DNA of 64,000 bases, from assembly GCA_951406725.2 (NCBI GenBank), contig OX597825.1, forward strand, positions 26,908,001 to 26,972,000, in the 5' to 3' direction. This document shows, in pieces, positions 63,666-64,000 of this stretch. The notes under the pieces are model-generated. The model had not been told where the DNA came from. It ran no database searches and saw nothing but the letters and a program-made list of their open reading frames with translations. The translations under genes and the position numbers were made by a program. How positions within the stretch are numbered: the first letter of the stretch is position 1; each line of letters starts with the position of its first letter. This DNA comes from Octopus vulgaris. Its lineage: Eukaryota.

Positions 63666-64000
63666 CCCATTGTTATTTCCAATATTATTTATCGTAGATA
63701 AGTTAAAGTCATGAAGAATAATTACCGTCAAACTAAATATAGAGTTTGATATAGTGTAGTGTAAATGGTAAATTAATGAAAGATTAATTGAAAAGAGAAA
63801 ACAGTTTGAAACCACACGGTACATTAAATCTAAATGAAATACAATGATATAAAATGGCGGACATTATATGGATAATGGAAATTACAAATTGGTATATTTT
63901 ATGCTTGTACGCTCGTATGTATTGTGTGTACTTATATTTGATTAGATAGATAGCCACAGACATTTATGTCTTTGCACACATACAGCCTATAGCATATGTA

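Noticed and set aside
1285-63824. Supplied ORFs rich in YI/CV/HT dipeptides or poly-I/N/S/T/L/M (e.g. 13726-14463, 44223-44654, 42673-42963)
   Set aside because: They are translations of (TA)n, (TG)n, (CA)n and trinucleotide microsatellites that happen to lack stops; no domain content.

Overview
AT-rich eukaryotic non-coding DNA, dense in microsatellites ((TA)n, (CA)n, (AAT)n, (AGT)n, (GAT)n) and decayed transposons. The SINE families and microsatellite load resemble an octopus (coleoid cephalopod) genome, but that is pattern recognition, not a database hit. I find no supportable host protein-coding gene, tRNA, rRNA or CRISPR array; most supplied ORFs are microsatellite translations or chance ORFs. 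Supported content: (1) several tRNA-derived SINE families, some with target-site duplications, nested or in tandem; (2) R4/Dong-like non-LTR retrotransposon fragments with a restriction-like endonuclease inside (TAA)n/(TTA)n tracts, plus a ~550-bp non-coding element that shares their 5' head; (3) CR1-like LINE relics; (4) Penelope-like (GIY-YIG) relics, including a ~3.7-kb inverted arrangement; (5) a mariner relic and MITE-like elements. The most interesting signal is a set of short non-coding elements embedded in (TA)n that carry minimal hammerhead-ribozyme-like motifs with non-standard cores: an extra nucleotide after CUGANGA, or a U3-A8 swap. All alignments and folds were done by eye, and boundaries are approximate to about 10-30 bp unless a TSD is given.
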